Positions 38,012 to 46,906 of a DNA stretch of 64,000 nt are shown in pieces (within the stretch, counting starts at the first letter, position 1; each line of letters begins with the position of its first letter). Source of the DNA: Candidatus Sericytochromatia bacterium. GTDB taxonomy: Bacteria > Cyanobacteriota > Sericytochromatia > S15B-MN24 > UBA4093. The translations under genes were made by a program, and so were the position numbers. Below the pieces are notes generated by a model that worked only from the letters and a program-made list of their open reading frames with translations, did not search any database and was not told the DNA's origin. Location of the stretch: NCBI GenBank assembly GCA_036676495.1, contig JAKFCT010000052.1, positions 1 to 64,000 of the forward strand. The letters are read 5' to 3'.

Positions 38012-38536
38012 CTAGCGAGAGCGTTTGAAAAGCTGTCTGAGCCGCCACCCGAGGCGCGATTGCCGGGCGACTGTCTTGCGGATCTGATGGTACTCCGAGA
38101 TGGCCCAGGTCTGCTGGCTTCGCAGCGAGCCTTCCTCACCGGGCGTCAGCGCCAGCCGCTGGGCATTGAGCTCGCGAAGCAGCTCCATGGCCTCCAGGCA
38201 ATCGGGGTCGATCAGCAGCGTGCGTCTGAGCTGGCCCACGGCCCAGTCGTACTTCCCCTGCAGGCCGTAGGTACGCGCCACCAGGACGCTGGCCTCCACG
38301 TGGGCACCGTCGAGTTTCAGCGCCCGCTGGCAGAGCGGCAGCGCCGCGTCATGGCGCCCGGCATCCAGGTGCAGCCGAGCCAAGCCCAAGAGGGTCGGCA
38401 TGCGCTCGCCGTCGACCTCGAGCGCGGCTTCGAACGCGGCCTGCGCCTCCTCGGCCTGGCCGTCCGCGAGCAATCCGATGGCCCGCTTGTGATGCTCCGC
38501 GGCCATGTCCACCGGCTTCGACTTACTCCAGAACAT
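38012..38536 (-). CDS. Tetratricopeptide repeat protein
   Basis: Three TPR-like units; purine-rich RBS before MFWSKSKP. Confidence 0.85.
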   Translation of the reverse strand: MFWSKSKPVDMAAEHHKRAIGLLADGQAEEAQAAFEAALEVDGERMPTLLGLARLHLDAGRHDAALPLCQRALKLDGAHVEASVLVARTYGLQGKYDWAVGQLRRTLLIDPDCLEAMELLRELNAQRLALTPGEEGSLRSQQTWAISEYHQIRKTVARQSRLGWRLRQLFKRSR

Positions 38537-38590
38537 CCCTTCTCCTCCCTCGCTCTCCGTCAAGCTCTATACCCGAGCGTTGGCGTCGGA

Positions 38591-40207
38591 TCACGTCAGG
38601 GCCTCGATCATCGCGCGCTCCGCCAGGGGGACCGGGATGGTTCCGAGCGAGAGCAAGCGGTCGTGAAACGCGCGCAGGTCGAAGCGATCGCCCAGCGCCT
38701 GCTGATAGGCCTCGCGAATCGCCAGGATGCCGCGCTTGCCCATCAGATAGCTCATCGGATAGGCCGGTGAGTAGGAGTACCAGGTGACTTCGGACTCGGC
38801 ATTGATCCGCTCCAGCTTGGCCTCGTCGACCAGGAAGTCCACGGCCTCGTCGAACGACATCCGCCCCGTCTGGAGGCTGGCGTCGACGATCACGCGGCAT
38901 GCCCGCCAGAGCACGTCCTTGAGCTGGAAGAGGCGCGTGAGCTCGTCCGGGTAGAACCCCTGCTCGTACATCATCTCCTCGCAGTACAGGGCCCAGCCTT
39001 CGCAGTAGGCGTTGTTGCCGAAGAGGTGGCGGATGGGCATATCCTGCCGGTTGGCCAGGGTCAGCTGCATGTGGTGGCCGGGGTAGCCTTCGTGCAGGGC
39101 CGTCACCGGAATGCCGAAGCGGTTATGGCCGCGCAGCTGCTCGGCTTGATCCGCAGGCGTATTCGCGGGATCCACGGGGGTGACGTAGAAGAGCCCTTCC
39201 TGCACCCGGTCGTAGGTGCCCGGGGATTGGTAGGCCGCATAGGGCATGACGCTGCGCATGAACCGCGGCGTCTCGATCACCTGCAAGGAGTCGCCTTCCG
39301 GCAAGGTGGCGATGCCCTTCTGCTTCACGAATTCGCGGGCGCGCTCCATCTCCCGGCGATAGGCGTCCAGAAGGCCTTCCGCCGTGGGATGTTCGTCCTT
39401 GTGGCGCTCGACCAGGTCCTGCCAGGTGGCGTCGGGATCGATCCGCCGAGCGGTCTCTTCGAGCTGAAGCAGCGTGGTCCGGCGGGCTTCCTCGCCGATG
39501 GCCAGCAAGTCCTCGGCCTTGAGATCGAAGTGGTGCTCATGGCGCAGCTTGTAGTTGTAAAGGAAGGTGCCGATCCCGAGGGGCCGGTCCGAGCGCGGCA
39601 AGAGCTCGGTTTCGAGGAAGCGCTTGAAGTCGATGATGGCGCGTTTGGCTTCTTCCACGGCGTCGGCCAGGCCGGGTTGCTGGGGCGCGAGCGGAAGCAC
39701 GACCTCGTCGAGGAAGTCGCAACCCCCTTCGGCCACCTCGATGGCCGATTCGGTCCAGCGCCGTGCGGGCCGCGTAAGAGCCGCCTTGCCGTCCGCGAGG
39801 ACCTTGGGGGCTTCCTTGAGGCGAGAGAGCACGTTCTTCAAGCGCTCCGGCAGCGGAGCGAAGTCGCGGCTCAGGAGGACATGGACGCCGTCGAGCACGG
39901 TCTCGAGGTAGGTCTGAGGAAGCAGGCGGTGCCAGCCGATTTCCTCGTGTTCGAGCGTGAGCACCTTGAGCATGCCATGCAGCACGGCCTCGTCGATGGC
40001 GCGTTCGGCGGGAACCTCCGCGGGGTCGAACTCGGCCAGGCGCGCCTCGAAGTCCTTGAGGCCCTCCTGGAAACGCTCGCTGGCTTCCTCGCTTTGATCC
40101 CCGAGCTGGTGATCGAAGCGATGGTCGCCCATGTAGGAGGCGAGAACGGGATGATACGAGAGATAGAAGTCCTTGAACTCGTGGATGAAGGCATCGAATG
40201 CGTGCAT
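38591..40207 (-). CDS. DUF885 family protein (metallopeptidase-like)
   Basis: HEGYPGHH.Q, EGWALY.E, WRACRVIVD, FDLRAFHD. Confidence 0.92.
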   Translation of the reverse strand: MHAFDAFIHEFKDFYLSYHPVLASYMGDHRFDHQLGDQSEEASERFQEGLKDFEARLAEFDPAEVPAERAIDEAVLHGMLKVLTLEHEEIGWHRLLPQTYLETVLDGVHVLLSRDFAPLPERLKNVLSRLKEAPKVLADGKAALTRPARRWTESAIEVAEGGCDFLDEVVLPLAPQQPGLADAVEEAKRAIIDFKRFLETELLPRSDRPLGIGTFLYNYKLRHEHHFDLKAEDLLAIGEEARRTTLLQLEETARRIDPDATWQDLVERHKDEHPTAEGLLDAYRREMERAREFVKQKGIATLPEGDSLQVIETPRFMRSVMPYAAYQSPGTYDRVQEGLFYVTPVDPANTPADQAEQLRGHNRFGIPVTALHEGYPGHHMQLTLANRQDMPIRHLFGNNAYCEGWALYCEEMMYEQGFYPDELTRLFQLKDVLWRACRVIVDASLQTGRMSFDEAVDFLVDEAKLERINAESEVTWYSYSPAYPMSYLMGKRGILAIREAYQQALGDRFDLRAFHDRLLSLGTIPVPLAERAMIEALT

Positions 40208-40232
40208 GGGGATCCTTAAAACGACTGAAGCG

Positions 40233-41123
40233 CTAGGGCGCTCCGATGGAATGGGGCTTGGTGTCCATGACCTTGCGGCCGGTCGGGGTGATGGCGAGAC
40301 CGCCGCAGGAGGTCTCCTTGTAGGCCGGCGGCATGGCCTCGCCGATTTCCTTCATGGCGGCGATGACCTCGTCGGGCGGGATGAAGCTCGAGATACCGGC
40401 GAGGGCCATCTCGGCGGCGGTGATCGCCATGATCGAGTAGAGCGAGTTCCGCTTCACGCACGGGACCTCGACGTAGCCTCCGACGGGATCGCAGACCAGG
40501 CCCAGGCTGTTCTTGACCGCCAGCGCCATGGCCTGGGTCACCTGGAACGGGGTGCCTCCTGCCAGCTCGCAGACGGCTCCGGCGGCCATGCCGGTGGAAA
40601 CGCCGACTTCGGCCATGCAGCCGCCCTTGGCGCCTGAGATGGTCGAGTTGTTGGCCATGACCATGCCGAGGCCGGCCGAGACGAACATGGCGTTGACGAT
40701 GTCGTCGGGCGTGCTGTTGAGCTTCTGAGAGGCGCCCCAGAGGCTGGACGGCAGGATCCCCGACGAGCCCGCGGTGGGAGCGGCGACGATCCGGCCCATG
40801 GCCGCCGAGCACTCGTTGACCGACATGGCCCGGGCGGCGGTCTGGGCCAGGATCGGATCGAGGAGCTTGGGCTCGTAGGATCCCATGCGGTAGCCGTTGC
40901 CGCTGACGAGGTTTCCGAGCCCGGTGATGGGGCGGTTCAGGCCGGCCTCCATGGCCTCCTGCATGATGCTCCAGCGGGCGAGCATGGCGTTCCAGATGAA
41001 CTCGCGGGTGAACCCGGACTGCTGCATCTCGAAGCGCAGGGTGATCTCGCCGATGCCGCAGCCTTCCTGCTCGGCCAGCGCGAGGAGGTCGGCGATGGAC
41101 TGGAATTGAATCTCGGTGCTCAT
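40233..41123 (-). CDS. sdaAA: L-serine ammonia-lyase, Fe-S dependent, alpha subunit
   Basis: IVAAPTAGSSG, SGAKGGCMAE, LGLVCDPVGGYVEVPCVKRN, KETS.GGLA. Confidence 0.96.
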   Translation of the reverse strand: MSTEIQFQSIADLLALAEQEGCGIGEITLRFEMQQSGFTREFIWNAMLARWSIMQEAMEAGLNRPITGLGNLVSGNGYRMGSYEPKLLDPILAQTAARAMSVNECSAAMGRIVAAPTAGSSGILPSSLWGASQKLNSTPDDIVNAMFVSAGLGMVMANNSTISGAKGGCMAEVGVSTGMAAGAVCELAGGTPFQVTQAMALAVKNSLGLVCDPVGGYVEVPCVKRNSLYSIMAITAAEMALAGISSFIPPDEVIAAMKEIGEAMPPAYKETSCGGLAITPTGRKVMDTKPHSIGAP

Positions 41124-41132
41124 GGGTCCCCC

Positions 41133-41810
41133 TTAAGTCAGCTTGGGCAGGTAGCGGGTGAGGCGGATGCCGTCGACGGCGGCGATCGCCGAGATGGCCT
41201 CGGGGGGCACCTCGTGGTCGCCTTCGATCGTCATGAAGGCCTCCCGGCCCCGTTGCTTGCGGGCCACGTTCATGAAGGCGACGTTGACGCCTTGCTCGGC
41301 CAGGATCCCGGTGACCTTCCCGATCACGCCGGGCTTGTCCTCGTGGACCGTGATGACCGTGGGGTACTCGCCCGAAAGCCGCACCTGGTAGCCGTCGACC
41401 TCGGTGATGGCCACGTTGCCGCCCCCAATGGAGGTCCCGATCACGTCGATCTTGCGGCCGTCCTGGGTCTCCAGGATCAGCTTGGCCGAGCACGGGTGGA
41501 CCTTGGGGCCCAAGTTGACGTCGCCGATCGTGAAGGTCATGCCTTCCTGGGCGGCCACGTCGAAGCTCTCCTTCACCTGGGGATCGAAGGTCTCCATGCC
41601 GAGCAAGCCCGCCACGATACCCTTGTCGGTGCCGTGCCCCGGCCCGGTCTCCAGGAAGGAGCCATGCAAGAGGATGGTCGCGTGGCGGGGCGTGCCGCCG
41701 AGGATGGTCCGGGCGAACCGCCCGATCCGTACGGCGCCGGCCGTGTGGGACGAACTCGGACCCACCATGATGGGGCCGATGATGTCGAAGACGCTTTTGT
41801 ACTTGCTCAT
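41133..41810 (-). CDS. sdaAB: L-serine ammonia-lyase, Fe-S dependent, beta subunit (ACT domain)
   Basis: SVFDIIGPIMVGPSSSHTAGA, GHGTD, SIGGG, HEDKPGVI. Confidence 0.96.
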   Translation of the reverse strand: MSKYKSVFDIIGPIMVGPSSSHTAGAVRIGRFARTILGGTPRHATILLHGSFLETGPGHGTDKGIVAGLLGMETFDPQVKESFDVAAQEGMTFTIGDVNLGPKVHPCSAKLILETQDGRKIDVIGTSIGGGNVAITEVDGYQVRLSGEYPTVITVHEDKPGVIGKVTGILAEQGVNVAFMNVARKQRGREAFMTIEGDHEVPPEAISAIAAVDGIRLTRYLPKLT

Positions 41811-41963
41811 GCTGTTTGACTACCTCGTCAGCCGCCAATAGGCGTAAGGTCGGGGCCATTCCCGACCATCGCCTCATTTTATCAGGGATTGCTGCTCCCG
41901 GTGGAACGGCCTCGCGACCCGCCTCCCATGGCCCATCAAACGGTCAGAGGCTGTTTCTGGCGC

Positions 41964-43271
41964 TTACTCGGCCGGCGTGACGATCCGGGCGATCGGAGCT
42001 TCCGGATCGTTGCCCCAGGTGAAGGCGATTAAGCCGACTTGCGGCTGGTAAACTTCGGTCCAAGCAACCGGCTCGCCCTTCAGATGACCCGTGACAGTGA
42101 CGGTCCACGTCTCCGGCGCGTCCTTCTCCGCGGGCGTCCGGATCGCCTTGGCCGTCAGGCCCGGGGCGGGAACCCAATCGGCGCCGTCGGTGAAGGGCAG
42201 CGGATAGGTCAGCTCAGGCCGGTAGGGCAGCGAGAGCTTGACCCGGTCGGCCTGCACCTTGAGCATGAAGCGAGATTGGGTAGTCTTCCCGTCGACAGTT
42301 CGAGTCAGGCGCCCCGAAGCCAGCGTTCCGTCGGTTTTCTCGGTGACCCGCGTCAGGGTCCGGACGGCCTGGCCCAACGGCTTGTCATCCGCGTCGAAAA
42401 GCATGTAGGTCGTGCTCGCCCCGCCCTTCAGCGGGAAGAGATCCGCGCCGATCGCGGCAACTGCCGGCGACGCCGTCGCAACGAGCGAGGCGGTGGCGAC
42501 CGGCGTGGCGGAGGCCGTCGCGCTGGGCGTGGCCGTCAGGTCCGGGATGCGAGCCGTGAAGACCTGGCGGAAGGCCGTCCGGACCTTTTCATGGCGATTG
42601 ATCAGTTCTTGGGCAACGCGCCGCACGTCTTTGGGTTCCGTGAGGTCGGGCAGCGACGCCGTCCGGTAGCCCTCCGAACCCGGCTTGAGCACCTGAGAGA
42701 CTTCCCGGGTGGCGGTCAGCACGTGGGCAGGATCGAGGTAGCGGATTTGCTCCGGGGTGTAGCGCTCCTGAAGGTGCGCGGCCACCAGCGTGCTCGCCAA
42801 CGACAAAGTCAGCGGCTCATTGAGCTCTCGCATCGAGGGCACTGAAACCGTGTTGGGCCCGCTCTTCTGCTCGCGCTCACGGCTGAAGGGCAAGCCCATC
42901 ATGCCTTCCAGCACCATGGTGCCCGCCGACGTCCGGACCTCCGCGCGAATCAGCTGAATGCCGTTGACCGGAATGGTCAGGGGCGCGATGCCCTCGGAAT
43001 CCGTGCGCGCGTTGTTGCTCGGGTCCAGCGCCAGGTAGACCTTCGCACCTTCGGCGGGGATCTCGCTGCGCTCGCTCGCTCGGCGGCTAGACGAGGCTTC
43101 TGCCGGCAACATCACCCGGATGGGCACCCGTGCCAAGGTGTAGGACTCGAGCCCCAGCCCCGGAACCACCGAGTCCCCGTTCAAGCCCATGAAGCCGGGC
43201 GCCTGACAGGCAACCAGCACTCCGACCAGAAGGCCGGCGGCAAGAAGGGTTTTAACGGAGCGGGCGGACAT
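41964..43271 (-). CDS. Hypothetical lipoprotein, two domains joined by an Ala/Thr/Pro linker
   Basis: LVAC lipobox, GAGGAG RBS; C-terminal beta-rich domain beginning LFPLKGG. Confidence 0.8.
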   Translation of the reverse strand: MSARSVKTLLAAGLLVGVLVACQAPGFMGLNGDSVVPGLGLESYTLARVPIRVMLPAEASSSRRASERSEIPAEGAKVYLALDPSNNARTDSEGIAPLTIPVNGIQLIRAEVRTSAGTMVLEGMMGLPFSREREQKSGPNTVSVPSMRELNEPLTLSLASTLVAAHLQERYTPEQIRYLDPAHVLTATREVSQVLKPGSEGYRTASLPDLTEPKDVRRVAQELINRHEKVRTAFRQVFTARIPDLTATPSATASATPVATASLVATASPAVAAIGADLFPLKGGASTTYMLFDADDKPLGQAVRTLTRVTEKTDGTLASGRLTRTVDGKTTQSRFMLKVQADRVKLSLPYRPELTYPLPFTDGADWVPAPGLTAKAIRTPAEKDAPETWTVTVTGHLKGEPVAWTEVYQPQVGLIAFTWGNDPEAPIARIVTPAE

Positions 43272-43473
43272 AGGGACTCCTCACTAGCAAGCAATCGGTC
43301 ATGATTCTAACGGATGTCCTGTTAGAGCTCAAATCCAGTATACCCCCTCGGGGCCTAAACTACGAAGCGGTGCCCCGCAATTGGGGCGCCGCTTCGCTCT
43401 CTTGTGCAACAGCCGTGATGCTGACGGGGGCGTTGCTTCAGGACCGCACCGCGGTCTTCAACGGCCGCGAGGG

Positions 43474-44706
43474 TTAGCGCTGGGCGAGCATGGCCGCCAG
43501 CGGCATGCCATTGAACGCCATGAGCCGCTGCAGGGGCGCATGCTGGGCGGGCTCGACCCGCTCCTTGATCAGGAGGTAGGCATCGACCATCGAACCCACG
43601 GGCTTCTTGCCGTTGTTCTTGGCGAGCGCTCCCCAGATCTGGCTGAACTCCAGCGAGACCTGATCGTCCTTCTCGTTGTGGCGATCGTAGAGGTCCCAGA
43701 GCGTGGCCGTGGTCCACCACTCGTTGGTGGGCCCGCCGCAGACGTCTCCGGGCATGTTCTCGAAGCGCAAGGGCGCGCGGCGGGGCACCATGAACTCGAA
43801 CTTGGCATCCGTGTCGTCGCGCTCCAGCGAGACCGCGGCGCTGAAGAACGAGGCGAAGCCCTCGGACCACGCGAGGTTGCTGGTATAGCACTCGTCGATC
43901 TTGTGCTGCCCGCCGCCCATGCGGCCGTTGATGCCCAGGTCGTGGAGGGCGTGGCCGATTTCGTGGCCGTTGACGTCCCACCACTCGGCGTTGCTGAGGT
44001 TCACGGTGCCCCAGGAGTAGTAGTTGCCGTTGGCGGGCCAAACCGTGTCGAGCTGCCGGTTCCACCAGTCGAGGGAGATGCCTTCACGCGCGAAGAGCGC
44101 GAGCGACCTGTTGTAGATCTCATGAATGTAGGCAGCCTGCCCATTCGCAGTCTTGGCGTCCAGCTGGGTGGTCCCGGCATCCACCACGCCCGAGAGGGTC
44201 TCGAGCTTCGGCCCCTGCCAGGAGTAACGGGAAAGCTTCCAGTAGCGGTTGCTCAGCTCGAAGCGAAGCTCGGCGGCGCCGCCGGCGGCCGCCGTGATCT
44301 CGAAGGCTCCGTCCAGCCCGACCTGCGCCGAGCCGATTTCCCGGCCCCCCGCGATCAGCTTCACCGTGGCGTTGGCCCCCGGAATCATTCCTCCGGCCAA
44401 GGCCGGCACCATGAAGCGGCCGGTCACCTTGGCCGGTCCCGAAAAAGCGCCGGGACGGACGGCCACCTTTCCGGTCTTCGCCGGAAAGAGCATGGTGTCG
44501 GGGGTCTGGGCGATCGCCTCCACCTTCAATCGGTTGGCGGTCGCGCTGAACGCGCCGATCCGTCCCCCCAGATCCGTGTCGTCCGTCGTCACCTGGGAGA
44601 ACCCGCGCACGCTCCCGGGATCCTTTCCGACCTGCGGAGCCGTCCCGCTCAAGCCACAACCAGCAAGCAAGCCGAGGACCGTGATGAGGGCGATGGGATG
44701 GCGCAT
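43474..44706 (-). CDS. Lipoprotein zinc metallopeptidase-like protein
   Basis: LAGC lipobox; HEIGH (HExxH) and downstream WSEGFASF third-ligand-like motif. Confidence 0.85.
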   Translation of the reverse strand: MRHPIALITVLGLLAGCGLSGTAPQVGKDPGSVRGFSQVTTDDTDLGGRIGAFSATANRLKVEAIAQTPDTMLFPAKTGKVAVRPGAFSGPAKVTGRFMVPALAGGMIPGANATVKLIAGGREIGSAQVGLDGAFEITAAAGGAAELRFELSNRYWKLSRYSWQGPKLETLSGVVDAGTTQLDAKTANGQAAYIHEIYNRSLALFAREGISLDWWNRQLDTVWPANGNYYSWGTVNLSNAEWWDVNGHEIGHALHDLGINGRMGGGQHKIDECYTSNLAWSEGFASFFSAAVSLERDDTDAKFEFMVPRRAPLRFENMPGDVCGGPTNEWWTTATLWDLYDRHNEKDDQVSLEFSQIWGALAKNNGKKPVGSMVDAYLLIKERVEPAQHAPLQRLMAFNGMPLAAMLAQR

Positions 44707-44736
44707 GGGGCTCCCTTTCTGCAAAACGGAGGGTGA

Positions 44737-44755
44737 AGATTAAGCTTATTTTAAG
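44737..44755 (-). promoter_or_regulatory. 11-bp-period TTAA-type repeat pair
   Basis: Minus strand CTTAAAAT-aag-CTTAATCT about 30 nt upstream of the peptidase start. Confidence 0.5.
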
Positions 44756-44842
44756 AAATAGATAATCGGAAGTAAAGACTTGCGGATTTTTTGCCCGCTC
44801 CACCTTGCCGAAGCGGCCGCGTCCCCGTACGATGGCCGAGTG

Positions 44843-46078
44843 ATGCGCATTAGCTGGCTTTCTTCCCTCAAACACGCCGTCCCGATGGGCCCTGAAGGCT
44901 TGGTCTGGTGGCTCGCCCTGGTCCAGGCCTCGGGCATGACCGCCGTCCTTCCCATCCTTCCCCTCTATGCCGACAAGCACGGAGCGGATCTCAGCTTCAT
45001 CGGCCTCATGGTCGGCGCGTACATGGCGGCCAACCTCGTCGGGCTGCCTCCCGCCGGCTGGCTCTCGGACCGCATGGGCCGCCGCCGCCTCATGGCCGTC
45101 GGACTCCTCGGCTTCGCCCTCGCCTCCTTCGGCTTTCTCGTCTTCGACTCCCCCTGGGCGTTCGTCATCCTGAGAGCGTGTGAGGGCTTGGCTGCTGCTT
45201 GCTTCACGCCCGCCGCGTTGGCCTACGTGGCCGATCGCGCCCCCGAGGGTCAGCGCGGCACGCGAATCGCCCAGCTTACGGTGGCGCAGAACGTCGGAAC
45301 ACTCGTCGGGCCGGTCTTCGGCGGGGCCCTCGTGATGGCTTTCGGCCTCGGTGCCCCCTTCTGGGCGCTCGCCATCCTCTGCGGGGTCGGCGGCTTGCTG
45401 GTCGCTCGCCTGCCGGGCGGCGGCCATGCCGAAGCTCAGGCCCGTCGCGAGAAAACCGGGGGGCGCGATCCGGTGGGCATCTGGAAGGAAATCCGCTGGC
45501 TTCCCTTCGCGGGCCTTTCCATCAGGGTCCTCTCCAACGGCTTCGCCATCGGCATGTACGAGTCCATCTGGGCCATCTACCTGAGGGACCTGGGGGGCAC
45601 CCCCTGGCATATCAGCTTGAGCTGGACCCTCTTCGCCCTTCCGGCCATCCTGCTGGCCGGGATTGCCGGCCGCACCATCGATCGCGCGGGGCCCGTCCGC
45701 CCGCTGGTCCTCGGAGCCCTCTTCTCGTCGATCCTCGTCATGAGCTACGGCATGACCCAGAGCGTCCCGCTCCTGCTCTGGCTCGGAGTCGTCGAAGGCA
45801 TCGGCTTCGCCTTCGCCTACCCCGCCCAGAGCGCCATGATGGTTCAGCTCGCCCCCGAGGCCCTGCGTGGCCGGGTGATTGGCCTCATCACCGCCATGAG
45901 CACCATCGGCGCCCTCATCGGGGCCATGGTCACCCCCCTTCTGTACAAGAACAGCCCCTTCTGGGTCTTCGCCGTCACCTCGTCCCTGCTCTTCTTCTCC
46001 GCGCTCCTGCTCGCGCTATCCATGGCCTGGGCCAAGCGCCCCCGCCCCGAGGAGTCGCCCCTCGGCATCCGTGGGTAA
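44843..46078 (+). CDS. MFS transporter (DHA1/TetA-like)
   Basis: GWLSDRMGRR motif A, GPVFGG motif C, about 12 TM; start uncertain. Confidence 0.92.
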   Translation: MRISWLSSLKHAVPMGPEGLVWWLALVQASGMTAVLPILPLYADKHGADLSFIGLMVGAYMAANLVGLPPAGWLSDRMGRRRLMAVGLLGFALASFGFLVFDSPWAFVILRACEGLAAACFTPAALAYVADRAPEGQRGTRIAQLTVAQNVGTLVGPVFGGALVMAFGLGAPFWALAILCGVGGLLVARLPGGGHAEAQARREKTGGRDPVGIWKEIRWLPFAGLSIRVLSNGFAIGMYESIWAIYLRDLGGTPWHISLSWTLFALPAILLAGIAGRTIDRAGPVRPLVLGALFSSILVMSYGMTQSVPLLLWLGVVEGIGFAFAYPAQSAMMVQLAPEALRGRVIGLITAMSTIGALIGAMVTPLLYKNSPFWVFAVTSSLLFFSALLLALSMAWAKRPRPEESPLGIRG

Positions 46079-46128
46079 AATGGGGATGACGCCGCCGATT
46101 CAACTGCCCGCGCCCGTGAGGATGGACC

Positions 46129-46842
46129 TTGTCTGAGATCGAACGCCGCATTCCCCAGACCCTGGAGCGCCTCCAGCTCAAGCTCGCCTACGCCTACCTC
46201 GCCTCCGGCGAGACCGCGGAAGCCCTCGCCGCCTTCGACCGCGCGGCTGACGACGAGCCCCATGCCTTCGAACCCCTCTTCATGCGGGGTGTCATCAAGC
46301 TCCAGCAGGCTCGCTACGAAGAGGCGTTCCATGCCTTCGTTCGCGTCATCGAGCTCGCTCCCGCCGTTGCCGAGAGCTACAATAATCTGGGCATCGTCTA
46401 CTGGCACCAGGAGGATCGGGAAGCTGCCCACCGTTGCTTTGAAAGCGCGTTGGGCGTGAGAGAGGACTTCCCGGCGGCGACCGCCAACCTCGGGGTCTCC
46501 TACCTCTCGCGCGGCATGCCTCACGAGGCCTTGCCGTGCTTCGAGCTCGCCGTCCGCCATTATCCGCGTGCGGCATGGGCCTACAACAACCTGGGCGTGG
46601 CCTTCTGCTTCCGAGGTGCCTTCGGCGACGCCGAGGCATGCTTCGAAACGGCCATCCGCCATGACGATCAGCTCGTGGCCCCGGTCCTGAATCTGGCGCA
46701 TCTCTACGCCTGCAAGGGCCTGGATGCCGAGGCCGTCCGCAGCCGGACCCATGCGGCCACCCTGTCCAAGCATGACGCGGTCCAGGTGCCCCCGTTCGAG
46801 CTCTGCCTCGAACGCGTGGAGCGCCCCTTCGAGCGATCCTGA
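46129..46842 (+). CDS. Tetratricopeptide repeat protein
   Basis: ESYNNLGIVY, ANLGVSY, AYNNLGVAF TPR units. Confidence 0.88.
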   Translation: MSEIERRIPQTLERLQLKLAYAYLASGETAEALAAFDRAADDEPHAFEPLFMRGVIKLQQARYEEAFHAFVRVIELAPAVAESYNNLGIVYWHQEDREAAHRCFESALGVREDFPAATANLGVSYLSRGMPHEALPCFELAVRHYPRAAWAYNNLGVAFCFRGAFGDAEACFETAIRHDDQLVAPVLNLAHLYACKGLDAEAVRSRTHAATLSKHDAVQVPPFELCLERVERPFERS

Positions 46843-46906
46843 AGACCCCCCTAGCATTGACGAGGCCCTCCCAGCGGGAGGGCCTCGTCAATGCTAGGGG
46901 GGTCTT
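46842..46906. repeat. Perfect 31-bp inverted repeat with 3-nt loop
   Basis: AAGACCCCCCTAGCATTGACGAGGCCCTCCC-agc-GGGAGGGCCTCGTCAATGCTAGGGGGGTCTT. Confidence 0.95.
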
